From the human T2T-CHM13v2.0 reference genome, Homo sapiens, in assembly GCF_009914755.1 (NCBI RefSeq), contig NC_060926.1: DNA of 64,000 bases, one strand, 5' to 3'. Every line of letters starts with the position of its first letter. Within the stretch, counting starts at the first letter, position 1. Of this stretch, positions 62,901 to 64,000 are shown one piece after another. The notes under the pieces are model-generated. The model saw nothing but the letters and a program-made list of their open reading frames with translations, did no database searches and was not told the origin of the DNA. A program made the position numbers and the translations under genes.

Positions 62901-64000
62901 TTTCCTCTTTTTTAAAAAAAGTATATGACTATTTTAAAGAACACATTGATCCTAATATTTAAAGTTGACTGATTTTTTTTTACTTTTTATCTAAATGTCA
63001 AGATTAGATCTTAAAAGGTCATCAAATATTTGCTGGCATAAAACTGACTTTTGAATAGAATGTGATTATTATTTCCTGAAGTTAAATATACATTTTCTAT
63101 CAACATTTACTTGTCATTCACTCTATTTGGATTTTTTTCCTTTGTAGAAATATGTGTTTAGAGTTGTAAGTTTAGCAGGCTTCTAGCCTAATAGGATTAT
63201 TCTCAGAACATCTCTTTTAAAAGGGGCAGATTTTCCTAATGGACTTCCATTTTGGGAGATTTCTGAGTTGCTAATCAATGAAGCAATAAGAAATGAACAC
63301 ACTGCTTCGTAGTCAGAATGCCCAGGTGCCAAGAAAATGTAAACTCTGCTATTTAAGTTAAAATAAAGATCAAAACATATTTAGATAAGGGTAAAATTCT
63401 TAGGGGAACACAACAAAATGTATCCCTTGCCAAAATTATAATGTAAAGTTCCTCCAAAATCATAATTTAAAAGTTTAATTTAAAATGCCTTCAAATGCTG
63501 GTGGGCAAAATTAAAGAAATTATACACTACTCCAAATCCAGAGAAAAGTATCTAAAAATGAAGTCAATAAAGTTATATTATATTGTTTCTTTTAGTAATT
63601 TCTAGAAGTAAACAAAAAAATGCATTTTCCCAATTTCTGCATTTGCCCGCTTGTTATTTTGAGCTAGATGCCCCATCAATGCACCAATGTCAACATATCA
63701 GCAATTAAACTCCGTATGTTTATCTCAAAACATTTTTCTCTCTGCACTGTGCACTCTATAGTATGACCATCTTCTTTGTCTCTGAAGTTCCAAACCTAAA
63801 AATTATCTTTGATTCCACCCTCACCCCTCATCAAAGGATTTACCTTACCCTGACTATTTTTTTCTTTGCAAAGTGTCTGTGAGCTTGCTTTTTCTTTCCC
63901 TCACCCCTTCCTCCAATCTAATGTAGGCTATAAAATATTTAACTTGGAGCCCCAAGAAGCTTAGATCCAAGGATAAGGAGTACAGAGGTAAAGAAGATTT

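Overview
Primate (almost certainly human-type) genomic DNA, intergenic or intronic and dominated by repeats: about 40 Alu copies, a ~5 kb decayed L1PB-like LINE-1 (11850-16935), older L1M/L2/MIR relics, ERV1/MaLR/ERVL LTRs and DNA-transposon fossils. I find no intact protein-coding gene; nearly all ORF-track entries are Alu/L1 read-throughs or chance ORFs. The one gene-derived feature is a processed pseudogene of MLX (bHLH-Zip Max-like protein X, ~57694-59552). It matches the short 244-aa-type splice form and has four stops and two frameshifts. The most unusual signals are three local duplications at Alus: a ~160-bp templated insertion into an Alu copied from ~820 bp upstream, an Alu flanked by a ~148-bp target-site-like duplication, and a perfect 117-bp tandem duplication. 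There is also a triple AP-1/ETS cluster and a CTCF-like site. I see no evidence of a new multi-gene biological system. Repeat subfamily names come from recalled consensus sequences and boundaries are approximate.
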